From NCBI RefSeq assembly GCF_018350175.1, contig NC_058382.1, positions 55,306,001 through 55,370,000 of the forward strand: a stretch of 64,000 nt of DNA. Reading direction: 5' to 3'. The notes under the pieces are model-generated. The model was given only the letters and a program-made list of their open reading frames with translations, had not been told where the DNA came from and searched no databases. Below, in pieces: positions 23,763 through 36,245 of the stretch. Position numbers and translations under genes: made by a program. Position 1 is the first letter of the stretch; every line of letters begins with the position of its first letter. This DNA comes from Felis catus. Lineage: Eukaryota.

Positions 23763-24327
23763 TGTGGTAGGGTCCCCTGCTAACGAGGGGGGGAGGGGGA
23801 AAACCCCACCTCAAGGCAGCCTGGCTATACTTGTACATGACGGCATCTCTCACGACCTTGCAACATGAGACCACTTAATCAGACTGCATGTTTGTGTGTT
23901 ACCATATATGGGAGACAAAGAAATAGAAAACAGGGGTGCCTGGGTGGCGCAGTCGGTTAAGCGTCCGACTTCAGCCAGGTCACGATCTCGCGGTCCGGGA
24001 GTTCGAGCCCCGAGTCAGGCTCTGGGCTGATGGCTCAGAGCCTGGAGCCTGTTTCCGATTCTGTGTCTCCCTCTCTCTCTGCCCCTCCCCCGTTCATGCT
24101 CTGTCTCTCTCTGTCCCAAAAATAAATAAACATTGAAAAAAAAAATTAAAAAAAAAAAAGAAATAGAAAACAGATATATATATATAAAAAAAAAAAAACT
24201 ATGCCACATGGTGTTCAAGGCTCCGTTCTTTGGGTACGAACCCAACTGAGCAGGGCCGGCACAGATGAAGTTACTTCCTGGAAGTAAAAGCCTCGGTGTC
24301 AGGACTCTGTGCGACCATCCGGCTACA
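23763..24327 (+). mobile_element. Complete ERV1-class solo LTR with 4-bp TSD, interrupted by a young SINE
   Basis: Starts TGTGG (23763), ends CTACA (24327), flanked by AGAC (23759-23762 and 24328-24331); second related copy at 17371. Confidence 0.85.
23933..24160 (+). mobile_element. Young felid SINE inside the solo LTR
   Basis: Near-consensus body; TSD AAAGAAATAGAAAACAG (23917-23933 and 24157-24173). Confidence 0.95.
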
Positions 24328-24621
24328 AGACCACAGTACGGAGAAAAATGAATACTAGAGCCCTATTTCCTACACCAATCTACACACATACAGAATCTGG
24401 GCTACGTTGGTAAAAGGGTTCTTTGCCTTTACCTGCAGTGTTTTGAATTTTTACAAGGAAAATGTATTGATGTGTTATTTGTACAGTTATGTTTAAAACT
24501 AAAAAGTGAATGTATTCCGAGGGTATAAAGAGGTTGATCGATACCCATTTTGAGTTGGCTTTTCGGCCTGCAGACACCATTGTGTCTGTTTAAATACAAC
24601 AAAAGGTTAATTAACTTGAGA

Positions 24622-24675
24622 AATAAATACATAAATACATAAATACATAAATAAATAAATAAATAAATAAATAAA
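24622..24675. repeat. (TAAA/TACA)n tetranucleotide repeat
   Basis: Direct reading. Confidence 0.9.
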
Positions 24676-25899
24676 TCGAAATGTAAAGCAGACAGGCAAC
24701 TGACTACCATTTTTTTTCTCTAGCATAGTGTAATCTCCTCTCCAGCTTCAAAAAAAAAAAAAAGCCTCCAAACGTTAGAGCTCAAAAGGTCACTGGATTG
24801 AGGCGTTTAAAGCCACAGTAAACAAACTAGCACAGGTTAATTAGGCGGGAATCAATGAAACATTTTCACTCCTACCTTCCTTATCTGAACATGCAGCTTT
24901 CATTCACACCCCAGTCCTGCCTGGCTAATTACTTACTGAGCATTCCGAGTGAATGCCTCCGACTCAACCAGCACTTTGTATCTGTTCCTGCACACCACCA
25001 GCTGCCTCCCCCAGCAGAATAGCTATTAATTAAGCATCTATGTGCACAGTGCTTTGCAGGTTACACAAGTGCCTCCGTGCCACTTCATGGACACAAGCTG
25101 CTCTGTGAGTAAGGAAGGCTATCTCTCCGCTTTGCAGAGGAGCGGCACATCGGTTCAAAGTCACGCTGCGAAAGAAAGGCTGATCCCGCCTAAGGCAGCG
25201 CACGTGAATGCATAGGTCCCTTGAGCATTGAGGGACCATGAACATCCGCCACCAGATAATTATTTTCTGCTTGGGCCAACGGTCTAAGATCTTTCCAGGG
25301 CTTAGAGAAACCTCCACTCCGAAGGGCTGTGAAAACAGTTCACCTTTCTTTGGGAGAATTTAAACGCCAAAGGGTAGCTCAACAAGTTGGACTTTGCATT
25401 TTCCTAACTTTGGCAGGTTGTTATTTGGCTCCTGCTCTGTACCCAGAATGATGTAAGAGACTGCAGGTGAGGCAAATGTCCATCAGCAGAGGGTAATACT
25501 TGGGCTCTGCTCCTAAGACATCGATTCGGGGAGAGGAGATTAGCACATTGCAGGAGTACCCATGCCAGGATACGATTAGGTGCAAAAACAAATCAACTAT
25601 CCTTGGAAGATGTTCTATAAAAGTTATTACAGCTCTAATTTGCCATCCTCCTTAACTTACCCTCCCACACACATATATATCCAGCCCCACCACACTTGCA
25701 TTAATAGGGTAAAATAATGCTTTGCTTGTTGATGTAACTTACTACAAGTTGGTGCAGCACAAATCCCTATGTACAGTGAAGTGGGTTTTGCAACAACTAA
25801 ATTCATATTTTAATTGCATATAGTGTCTGCGTGATGCTTAGCCCTGAATGCATGCCATGCTGAAATAAAGCCACTGCAGACAAGGCAGTCAAGACTTTG

Positions 25900-26120
25900 G
25901 TATCCAGATTCAAGTGGACCCGTCTCAAATCCCAGCTTTGGCACTTCCAGGATGAATGGCTTTGGATGATCTTGGGCGAGAGACGCCATCTCTCTAAACC
26001 TCCGTAACCTCACATGTGAATGGGAGCTAATAAATGCACCTCCTTTCAAAAGTCATTGAGAAAACGAAATGAGGTTAAATACATAGAGCCTTATAGGAGG
26101 TAAATGGTCAACAGTAATCA
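25900..26120 (+). mobile_element. MIR (mammalian-wide SINE)
   Basis: TCAAATCCCAGCTTTG.CACTT...CTTGGGC.AG...CTCT.AACCTC.G..CCTCA..TGT core. Confidence 0.65.
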
Positions 26121-26514
26121 CAATGAACTATTAAGAATGACTGTCTTTGAGTAACTTAGTTAACAAGGGTGGCAGGTTAATATCCATCATTTCCCCAGTG
26201 TTGGACACACCTAAAAGCACAATCCCCTATGGAAGTTACTTGACCACAACTCAGCGGGGGTGTTGTAACTGCCCCAGCAACACAGCAAACAACTCCTCTT
26301 CAAAGCTCAGCAGCACTTTAAACCTCTATTAGCTGCTCAGGACACCAGCACGCAGGGGATGGTTAAGGGCAGGCAACGACTCATTCTCATAACAAAATTT
26401 AAAAATATGTATTAGTAAGTAAGGATTTCACTTTTAGGTCTGTAATAAGACTCCCCTGGAAGAATGGAGGAAGACACATCTAGAATATTTGCCAGGATTA
26501 AAATCCTACATATT

Positions 26515-26745
26515 GGGGCGCCTGGGTGGTTCAGTTGGCTAAGCGTCTGACTCTTGACTTTGGCTCAGGCCATGATCTTGCAGTTTGTGGGTTCAAGCCC
26601 CATATGGAGCTCGGTGCTGACAGCATGGAGCATGCTTGGGATTCTGTCTTCCTCTCTCTCTGCCCTTCCCCCCCCCCCCCCCCCCCCCCGCCTTTCTCTC
26701 TTTCTCTCACAATAAATAAAATTAGTTTTTTAAAAAAGTTTTTTA
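26515..26745 (+). mobile_element. Carnivore SINE with poly-C run
   Basis: Full SINE; TCCTACATATT flanks. Confidence 0.9.
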
Positions 26746-27024
26746 AAGTCCTACATATTAGTAATGAAGAATTTAATTACTTGCATGCTTCAACCAGCTT
26801 GTTAAAAATAAGCATTGCAAATTACCACAAATACCCCTTGTTGGCTGAAAGTTACTTGCCCGGGTTACTTCACTGCATGTACTTTCTTTGTAGTGAACTA
26901 GATTTCACCTCAGCCATAATTACTTGATTCCAGTAACAAAGCTATCTTTCCTGGTATGCACTAGTTCTAAAATACAGAAGGGTAACATCTTATGAACTTG
27001 TACAGCTTCGAAATGCCATGGTCT

Positions 27025-27155
27025 GGGGGCGCCTGGCTGGCTCAGTTGGTGGAGTGTGACTCTTGATTTCACGGTTGTGAGCCAAGCCCCATGATGGGTG
27101 TAGAGACTGCTTAAATATAAAACCTTCGAAAGAAAGAAAAAGAAAAGAAAAGAAA
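27025..27155 (+). mobile_element. Short carnivore SINE
   Basis: GGGGGCGCCTGGCTGGCTCAG head, (AAAAG)n tail. Confidence 0.8.
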
Positions 27156-28009
27156 GGCCACGATCTGAATGACTCCATTTCTGGTTAGATTTTCAATTGC
27201 AAACGGCCGTTTTGTGCTAAAAGATCAGGTAACCAGGCCCAACCACACGGGTTACAAAACAAGCCCTTTGGCCAAAAGCAGCAGGTTCCAGGTGGGCTCA
27301 AGTCAGCGCTGAGATGTGCCACCACTTGTCTGTCAACAAATAACACCTGTGCCTGCAGAAAGTGGGTGGAGGGAGGTCACCTGAATCTAAAGACGTTCTG
27401 TGACTCCCATCTCCTTGATGAACTCAGCAGAGGTGTGCTGAGCCTGGGCCGGGGCTGAGCACTGGAAGGGGAAGAGCACAGAGGATTCGGGAGCCTCTCA
27501 CTTAGCATCTTGGGAAGGGAGCACGTGCTTGGCATCAGGCAGCATTTTTTACCTCCTGTGCGAAGACCAGAAACACTGGGACTGCCGATTCCCAGCCCCA
27601 CTGGGAGGGGTTCCGAGTCTGCGTGTCATTTTTATCGAAGTATACACAACAGAGTTCCAAAATCGAGGATTTTACATACACACACACAGCGAAGTGATGA
27701 CGATCCCCTCACACAGTTACCTTGCTGATGAGAGCACCTGAAATAAATCTGGGGCTCTGATACAGCCCATGAGGGCTGCGCTTAATAGTCCTGCATTGAA
27801 TCCTGGCATCTGTGTTTTTAGCTTGGGCCTCCCGTGTTCTTTTCGGGGAGGGCTGGGGGCCACAGGTTTACAAGGGACGACTGGGGTAGCACAGTTGTCA
27901 CCTCAAATGAGGTCACTGGGCTGATAAATGCATTCAGCCAATCAATAAGCATTTACTGGGCAGGTGAAGGGGCTGTGCGGTGTGCTCTGGATAAGAGGTT
28001 GACAACACA

Positions 28010-28217
28010 GGGGCGCCTGGGGGGCTCAGTGGGTTAAGCATCCGACTTGGGCTCAGGTCATGATCTCACAGTCCGTGAGTTCGAGCCCCACATCACGCTC
28101 TGTGCTGACAGCTCAGAGCCTGGAGCCTGTTTCAGATTCTGTGTCTCCCTCTCTGCCCCTCCCCCACTCATGCTCGCTCTCTTTTTCTCAAAAGTAAACA
28201 AACATAAAAAAAAAAAG
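28010..28217 (+). mobile_element. Felid SINE
   Basis: Full SINE; AAGAG.TTGACA.CAC flanks. Confidence 0.92.
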
Positions 28218-28411
28218 AGCTTGACAGCACGTGGTCCCTACCCTCACGGGACGCGTAAGTTCTGGGGAACACATCACTTTGTCAAACAATCTTCTTACAC
28301 AACAATAAAGTCCTAAAGATGAGTCCAGCCCAGATGGGCAGGATTCTATGAAAGGACATCAGTCGGACTTTGGAAGAAGAGCTCCAGCGAATGTTCAGTT
28401 CTCTGGGGGCT

Positions 28412-28441
28412 TTTTAGTATATGTGCTGCCGAAGCGAGCAC
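28412..28441 (-). pseudogene. 3'-truncated U6 snRNA retropseudogene (U6 nt 1-30) with 16-bp TSD
   Basis: Reverse complement reads GTGCTCGCTTCGGCAGCACATATACTAAAA, the U6 5' end; TCTCTGGGGGCTTTTT at 28400-28415 and 28443-28458. Confidence 0.95.
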
Positions 28442-29024
28442 ATCTCTGGGGGCTTTTTAAAAGCATGCTCCCCTCACCACCACCTGCCCCATAAGGCAGA
28501 AGGCACGCAGGTGAGTGGAGAGTGAGCGCCTTTGGACACCAGAGAGTGTATTCACCTGTGCCAAGACCTTTCCAATGCACGGAGAAAAACCCAACTCAAA
28601 AAAGCTTTAAGAGAAGAAAATGTACTGAGACTCACACGACATGACGATCCAGGACTTCTCTTTCTCCATTTCTGGGCTCTGCTGTACCTAACTGACAGCG
28701 GCAGCCAGGAGCCCAAACAGTATCATCAGAGCTCAGTCTGTGCTTCGGGGTGGGAGAGGCCGCAGCAGCTCAAGAACCCAACCGGCAACTGAAGCAACCC
28801 CGGCAGAGGAATTTCCGGGAGCAGCTCGAGGAGAAAAGTTGAAGACAGGATGCTAATTGGCCCACTTCGACCAATGACTGTGGGCAAAAGGATGGCGGCC
28901 TTTTGATTGGTCGGGTCCAATTGATTGGGGAGGTCAGCGCCTTGGAGGGTTGGGGATGGGTTTCTCATCAAAAAGGGGAGTGGGCGTCATTCTCCAAAGT
29001 AAGGGATGCTAGCAAACAGGGACT

Positions 29025-29244
29025 GTTTTATTTTATTTTTAATGTTTATTTACTTTTGTGAGAGAGAGAGCACACAAGCACATGCAAGGGAGGGGCAGAG
29101 AGAGAGGGAGACACAGAACCTGAAGCAGGCTCCAAGCTCCGAGCTGTCAGCACAGAGGCCAACACAGGGCTCGAACTCACGAACTGTGAGATCATGACCT
29201 GAGCCGAAGTTGGATGCTTAACCGACCGAGCCAATCAGGGCCCC
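29025..29244 (-). mobile_element. Felid SINE
   Basis: Reverse-complement SINE. Confidence 0.88.
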
Positions 29245-30199
29245 AAACGGGAACAATTTTAATAAGACACGAAGTGCTTGGTGCCGGCTGCCGAGGCCGG
29301 CTCACACGGGGACCATTAACCCCAGAGTGCACAATTGGGTGGGAGCCAGAAGTAGAATTACGCCGGCTTGTCAGGCTGGGGGATTCGGAAAGCGATACAA
29401 GGTAGGAGGTGCCCCAACAGTTGTCGGTAAATCAATCTACAGCAGAACAGTACTGGCTTTCTTATAGTCACTGTGTGAGGTGACTTAGGAAAGTAAACCC
29501 CTAGGCCTCCTCTGTAGACTCAAGAAATACAATAGCCTGGGTCATCTGGTGCCAGCATTAGTCATCTGGCCCTCAGGACCGTGCTATTCATAACATGGCA
29601 CCCTCTGACATCCATGATTAGAACAGCACCTATGAAAGCAAGTATTTCAACAGGCTCTTCTTCCTTTCTTGCAGATGTAGGCAGTTTTGCATTACCTTTG
29701 GTTTCCACTGTGGCGCTCTGTGTCACATGGTGAGACCCCCCCCACCCCCACCCCCAAAACGGGCTCTCAGATAACCGCCCACCTAGCCCTGGGAAGCAGC
29801 GCTTAGGGTGGCTCACCCCAGTGGGGTGGTGAATGCCCGGGTGTCTAGAAGCAGACCCGTGTGCACAAGGAGAAACACCGCTCCGGAGTTGATGCGGATT
29901 TGGGGATTCGATCCACAGGTGAGGGAAGGTGAGGGCAGCTGGGAACCATGAACTAACGGAATTCCTTGACTGCGGTGTCCCCTGACCTTAGAAAGGACGA
30001 AAGCTGCCTTTCAGAAAACAGGCCCGAGTTCTTTAAAGTGGTCAGTTTTCAGCTGAGACGTGAAAGGAACACAAATGACTTTCCGCTCTGCCCACAGGCG
30101 GCCTGGCCTCGTTACTTACTACGTCGACAGATCAGAAACACTAATGTATGCGCCAGAAAGGAGTGTTCACTCTTAGAGGGAAAAACAGCGCTCATTCGC

Positions 30200-31470
30200 A
30201 AATATTTCTTGAACTCCTGTTTCGTGCAAGGCGTGAGGGACACGGCAGTAAGACAAAGCTCCTGCCCTCACGGAGTTTCCAGGCGCAAGACAGAATTGCA
30301 ACGGCTATTACAGTTGTGATAAAGGCTGTGAAAGACAGGCAAGTGCTCTAAGAGTTTGTAGCAGGAAGACCACATCTCACCTGTTGGGATCACGGAAGGA
30401 GGCCACCGGAAGAAGAGACCTGAAGCTGAGACATGAAATAAACAGGAGCCCCACAGTGGGGGAGGGGTGTGACAAGCTTGAAACCCCGGAACACGCAAGA
30501 AGCTGGTACGGCTTGGGCAGAGAAGGGAGTATGCTGGGAGATGACCTTGAAGCTACTGTAAGCAGGGGCTGGAGCAGGCAAAGCCTTGGGCTCACACTAA
30601 GGATTTTCAGCCTAAACCTAAGGAGAGTTTTGAGCAGGGACGTGAATAGATTTACGTCTTTTTTTTTTAGTTTATTTTATTTATTTTGAGAGAGGGAGAG
30701 AGCAAGGGAGGGGCAGAAGGGAGGGGCAGAGAGATAGGGAGAGAGAGAATCCCAAGCAGGCTCCACACTGTCAGTGCAGGGCCCGATGTAGGGCTCAAGC
30801 CCACGATCTGTGAGATCATGACCTGAGCCAAGATCAAGAGTTGGACGTTTCACCGACTGAGCCACCCAGGTGCCCTGACATAGATTTACATCTTTATAGG
30901 ATCAGTCCACTGGTGGAGAATGGATCGAAGGGAGGCAGGAGGGGATGTAGTGGAAGAGAAAAGGGGATATTATTGGAACCCAGGGCAGAGAGGTAACACC
31001 TGTTCACTGCACAACTTTGAGGCATGAGTAGAAGTTAAAATCGATGGGCTTCAAGGTGGGTCAGGTATGTCAAGTTAAGGGGAGGCAGGGATCAAAGAGT
31101 ATCCCAGATTTCTGGCATAAGAAACTCAATGGGTCTTGGTAACATTTACTGAGAAAGAAACCCTGGAAGAATTTGGAGGGATTGTGAATTCATCTTGGAT
31201 ATGCGCACTGAGAGTGTGTGTGATGTATCCAGGCAGAGAAGCAGAGGTACTTGGGTAGATGGGTCTGGAGCTCAGAATGGTCTGGGCTGGAACTCTATTT
31301 AGTGGTCACTGTTTGGCACAGAGATAGAAATGAAAGCCAGGGGTTTGGACAAGATCACTTAGGGAGAGAAAGTATGGTATTAGAAGAGGGTCTAGGACTG
31401 AGCACTGAAGAAATATTCCACTTACAACCAGTGTGGAGGAGAGGATAAAGGAAACCAATGAAACATATAG
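30200..31470 (-). mobile_element. LINE-2 fragments (interrupted by a SINE)
   Basis: Purine-rich L2-type text (ggagctcag..ggtctgggctgga; ggactgagc.ctga.gaa.a..cca; cccagatttctggc). Confidence 0.6.
30660..30876 (-). mobile_element. Carnivore SINE
   Basis: Reverse-complement SINE; ATAGATTTAC.TCTT flanks. Confidence 0.9.
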
Positions 31471-31473
31471 GAG

Positions 31474-32545
31474 TGTGGTAGCAGGCTCCAACATGGACCC
31501 CAGTGATTCCCCACCCCTTGGTCTTTATGTGCTGTGTAGCCTCCCACGTGGGATAGCGCTAACCTGGGTAGCCAATGCAGTATCGTGGAAATGACCGTGC
31601 ACGACTGAGGTTGTGGCTACAAAACCTTGTAAGACTTCAGAGAGACCTAAGGTGGTCCCTAAAAAAGTTGTTCAAATAATAAGGGTTATTGTCCCTCAGC
31701 AGTCTGAGCAGCAGCCCAAGGCAAAGAAGGAGTTATCTCCAAGAAATATGTGGGTGTGGCTTTTGCCTAATGGAGTGAACTGGAGTAAGACTCAGAGGAG
31801 ACACACAGAGTTCAAAAATAATTATATTTGCATTAACATTATCAGCTTGGACTAAAAGAGATACACTACAAAATGTAAAGAGGGCTTTATATCCCCCAAA
31901 TTCTACTGGGTGGTAACGGGCTAAGAACATGTTAACGGTCTATCTACACGGGCTACCTTTCACTGAAAGGAAAAATGACTCAGAGGATGGAACCAAGAGC
32001 CCAGCCTCCAAGATGGCCCCCAACATTCCCCACCTTCTGGTATCCACACCTTTGGGTACTTCCTTCCTCCCCACACTGAATTAGACTGACCTGTGTAACC
32101 AGTATACTGTGGGAGTGCCAGGGTGTGGTGTTTGAGGATAAGCCGTAAAAGCCATTGCAGCTTCCACCCTGCTCTCCTGGATCACCTGCTCTGGGGAAAA
32201 CCAGCTACCATGTTGTGAAGACATTCAAGCAAGCCTACGGAGGTGCCCGTATGGTGAGGCATTGAGCCTCCTGCCAATGGTCGTGTGGGTGAGCCATCCT
32301 GGGTGGACCCTCCAGCTTCCGTCAGGCTTCCAGAGGACTGTCGTGCCAGATACCACGGGATGACCCTCATGAGGGACTCCAAGCAAACCGACGCAGTTAA
32401 GCCGCACCAAAATACCTGACCCGTAAAAGCCAGGAGGTGATGTTTGTCGTTTTAAGATATGTCTTGGGGGTACTGTGTTAACATGATCCACCTTAGTGTA
32501 ATTCGTAGCATGTCTTAGGGTAATGCAACAGATCATTAATACAAG
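31474..32545 (+). mobile_element. MaLR (MLT1E/F-like) LTR pieces with a short internal segment
   Basis: Two LTR starts (TGTGGTAGCAGGCTCCAACATGG at 31474; CAGCCTCCAAGATGGCCCCCAA at about 32002), MLT1 body CCTGCTCTGGGGAAAACCAGC, terminal TAATACA. Confidence 0.7.
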
Positions 32546-34449
32546 AAGAAAGACCAAGAGTGAGCTCATGAACGGTAGATGAACTCTTGTCTCAAGGGGA
32601 CAGTGGACATGGGTGTAAGTGGTGAGGGACAGCCGAATGTCTCTTCCCTGGATGACAACAAGGCCCGAATAGCCATCCTTAGTTTCGTGTGGAAAACAGG
32701 AAAACCCCCCTACACTCAGTCCACTTGGTGCGAGAAAACTAAGAAGTATCTATCATTGTTCTCCAGGACCTTGTTGAAAACATGTTCTGCAAGTCTGCGA
32801 TGCCTCTCAAGGACACTGCATAGATGTCTTGCTGAACTTATCCACTCTTTCAGTGGCCTTCTCGTGCAGACACGTCATGCCATTAGTGGGCTGTACGTGA
32901 ACACGGGCGCCCGCCGTGCAGCACCTGGACTGCTGGACTTGCCTAGGTGCTCATACAAGCGAACTCCAGGCTAAAGCAAAAGCTTCTTAAGATAGAAAAA
33001 GACTCCGAAAACCTTTTACCAAAAATGCTCACCACCACCTCATATTTATGTTTTAGTTTATCTTTGAAAGTACTTTCACGACATCTTATTTTAAGCTCAC
33101 AACCACCCGTGTGAGGAGGGTGGGTGGGTGGGTTTGTAGAAAAGGCAGATACGGGTCATTCCCAAATGAGGAAACAGGCTTCAATCGCTTGGTTAAGGCC
33201 ACACAAACCATTCATGGTTGCAGGTCTCCTGGTATCAGGTTGAGTGCTTTTCTCCAAAAGATCCAGGCAGCATTAACCAGGGACTATTCACCTGGCACCT
33301 TCTTTCTACAAATAATCTCAAAACAGCTCGAACATCACCTTCCGCAGCAATCTATCTGCCTTATGCTTTAATACTGGCTTTTCTGAAACTGGAATTGTGG
33401 AAGGGGTGAAGATCCTCTGTCTTCTTTCCACGTTGGTTCCTATGCAACTGTACAAACTGAATGTCTTACACAGCAGTCCTCAGGAGTGGCTGGACGGTAA
33501 TGACACCCTTCAAAACATTCCTCATTGGAAGCTGCCTTCAGGGAACAAAACCTCTTCCCGGAAGAAAAGCAGTCTATTAGTTCAGAGTTATGTTTCATTT
33601 TTGAATTACAAATAGCATCATTCCCTTGACCATCTTCCTTAGTCGGATTTTTAGCCGTTTCCTAAATGTTACTCTAGGCTCAGAGACCAAAACTTTACAA
33701 ACACTGAGCATATGCAAACGTGCTGGTTACAGACTCTGAGGGGCTTACCCCAAAGACATTCCAGAAACGTTAGAGCGACAGCACTAACAGAACACTAACA
33801 CCTCTGAACAGAACTCCCCTGAGGAAGAAAACCCTCACAAGGGTTTGTATCAGGAATGTATGGCAACGATATTAATTAAAATAATGACTTGTGTGTGTTG
33901 AGTGGCACTTGATACGTCTTGTCTAATTTAATCCTCAAAAGAATCCTATGAGGGAAGACACAGTTCTATTTGTTTAAAAATCACACCTTACCATGTGATC
34001 ACACAGGTGTAACGCCCTTATATCGTAAAGGGCAAAGAGTAATTCCTAAAAACTACAGGAATGAATGGCTCATATAACGTCTCTCAAAAGCTTCCACCTC
34101 CTCAGAGGGTTGGTCTGTAGGGATCTGACCCAATTTGGTGGTTTTCACACATTTTCAAGCCTGTTAGTGTTTTGCCACTCCGGTATCAGTGCACATTTTA
34201 GTCTACTGTAACTGGACAGAGATAGTAGAGGACAGAAGTAACTACATTTTTGACTTCTGAGAAACTCAAGACATTTCCAATTTTCCTCATCTCGCTCTGT
34301 GGCTCCAAAATGACTTCTATTGTACCCATCAAAAGGAGGAAGACACACGAAACCGCATCTCAAACTGATCTTTGCTTCTTTTTTTTCCCCTATGATGGTT
34401 TGTTTGGTCCAAGAAGGTAAGAAATGAAGACTTCATCCAAGAATCTGTT

Positions 34450-34620
34450 CTTTTATTTCTTTTCTTTTTTTTTAAAGTTATTGATTCATTTTGAGGTGGG
34501 GTGTGGGGAGAGAGAGGGAGAAAGAGAATCCCAAGCAGTCTCCCTGCCACTCGAGCTCACAAACCGTGAGATCATGACCTGAGCCGAGATCAAGAGTCGA
34601 CTAAGTCACCCAAGTGCCCT
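34450..34620 (-). mobile_element. Carnivore SINE downstream of the SDR42E1 stop codon
   Basis: Reverse-complement SINE; TCCAAGAATCT flanks. Confidence 0.8.
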
Positions 34621-34708
34621 TCCAAGAATCTATTAAGTAGCAATTTGAGGAGCCAAGATTTGCTACCAGGTATCCATTTGTATCTAACTATCTAGATATT
34701 GATGTAGA

Positions 34709-34714
34709 TTTATT
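34709..34714 (-). terminator. Candidate proximal poly(A) signal for SDR42E1
   Basis: TTTATT on + strand (AATAAA on -), about 85 nt past the stop; actual use unknown. Confidence 0.3.
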
Positions 34715-34797
34715 TAGATAGAGAAAGACACATTGTTTAATACTGTGTTTCTTGAAAACCATCTCACCAAGTGTGATCCGATGTGTTTCTAGCTCCT

Positions 34798-35911
34798 TCA
34801 GAGTGATCGAGCCACAGGAGAAGGCAGCCATATGAGAACCACTATGACCAAGAGGAAGACCGTCAGCCCATCCCAAACAAGACACCCGGAGGCATGACCC
34901 CCAGGACTTCTGCCGTGGCCATGTGCCTTAAACCAGTCGACTACTTCCTGGAGGTCAAATGGCTGAGCCTCATAACCCAGCTCCTTCTTGGCCTTCTCTA
35001 GACTAAAGTAATGTGTGACGCCAGTTTTGTAAACTTCTGTGCGGGTGAGGAAGGGCTGGAAGTTGTAGACCCGACCAAAAAGGAAGTGAGCCATTTCTGT
35101 CAGGAAAGCAAAACAGTAGATGAGGGTCAAGGGCAGGCGGATGGATGGGAACCTGTAGCCCAGGCCCTCAACCAGAGGCCGGAGGAACTCAAAGTTGTTC
35201 ACGGGTCTGCCGTCCGAAATGAAGTAGGGCTGCCCAGAGGCCACGTGGCCCTTGGCAGCTGTCAGGGCCTCTGAGGCCAGAATGTGAGCCTGGACCAAGT
35301 TATCCACGTGGACAAATTCAACCAGGCTCCCAGGATCCCCATACACAAACTTGAAGAGACCCCTCTCAATGTAGCTCACTATCCTGGGAAGGTGCCTTTG
35401 TTCTCCAGGCCCGTAGATGCCAGCCGGCCTCAGAGCACAGGTTCTCAAGACACCATCACCTCTTACCAGGGTAGCACCATTGGCCTCCAGCACTTTCTTT
35501 TCTGCAATAGATTTGGTCCGAGAGTAGTGATCAGGATGGAGGTGAAGAGGTAGGTAAGGCAGAGATTCATCTCCATTTCTGATAACTTGACCTCCAAAGA
35601 TGACATTGAAAGTGCTAGTGTAAACTAACCTTGGCACCCCTCTCCTCCTGCAAACCTGGAGGATGTGGTCTGTGCCCCCGACGTTGACTTCTTCAATCAG
35701 GCTTCGATTCAGCTGCTCCCGCCCCGACATGCCGTAAGAGGCGATATGGAACACACATGCAACGTCCACATCCTGGAAGGCTTTCTCCACATCACAGAGG
35801 TGGCGAACGTCTCCGTGTATAAACTTGACTCCCTCTGGCAAGGGATGAGCAGGGCTTTTGATGTCAAAGAGAATCACGTGGAATCCTTTCTGGTTCAGAG
35901 CACAGCCTAGG
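34798..35911 (-). CDS. SDR42E1: Short-chain dehydrogenase/reductase 42E member 1 (3-beta-HSD-like), main coding exon
   Basis: Open frame LGCALNQKGFHVILFD...HIASYGMSGREQL...DHYSRTK (YxxxK)...hydrophobic C-terminal helix; minus-strand acceptor TTTCAG at 35917-35912; TGA at 34800-34798. Confidence 0.97.
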
Positions 35912-36245
35912 CTGAAACGAGGAAAAGCAAGTTAGATCGAATCGTTGACTAAGCTATGCCTGACGAAAACCGCATAAAATAATTTACCAATCAATGTGGG
36001 GCTGACCCAAGTCTTCTGGGCTTATCCTGAGTCCCCCCGCTTTACATGTTCATTGTGCAACAATCCCTTATGTAAGCACGCAAATATTCAAAACTGAGGA
36101 TCCACATATCCTTGCTTCTTCTATCTTCTCACATAGATGGTAGCAACTACAGGTTCCATTTTCCCCCTCTGTTTTAGGACCCACCATCCATTCTTTGGGA
36201 CATTCATGAATGATAACAGAGCTGCAAAGGAATAACTTATTATTT

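Noticed and set aside
17371..24327. Two same-orientation related LTRs about 6.5 kb apart as the ends of one provirus
   Set aside because: The right LTR has its own 4-bp TSD (solo LTR), the copies are clearly diverged, and the interval holds old L1/SINE/MITE sequence with no gag, pol or env
28412..28441. Functional U6 snRNA gene
   Set aside because: Only 30 of about 107 nt are present, it is flanked by TSDs, and I see no PSE/TATA promoter context
34798..35877. ORF-track start at 35877 as the SDR42E1 start
   Set aside because: It is an internal GTG; the true ATG is at 36818 in the upstream exon, which supplies the nucleotide-binding motif
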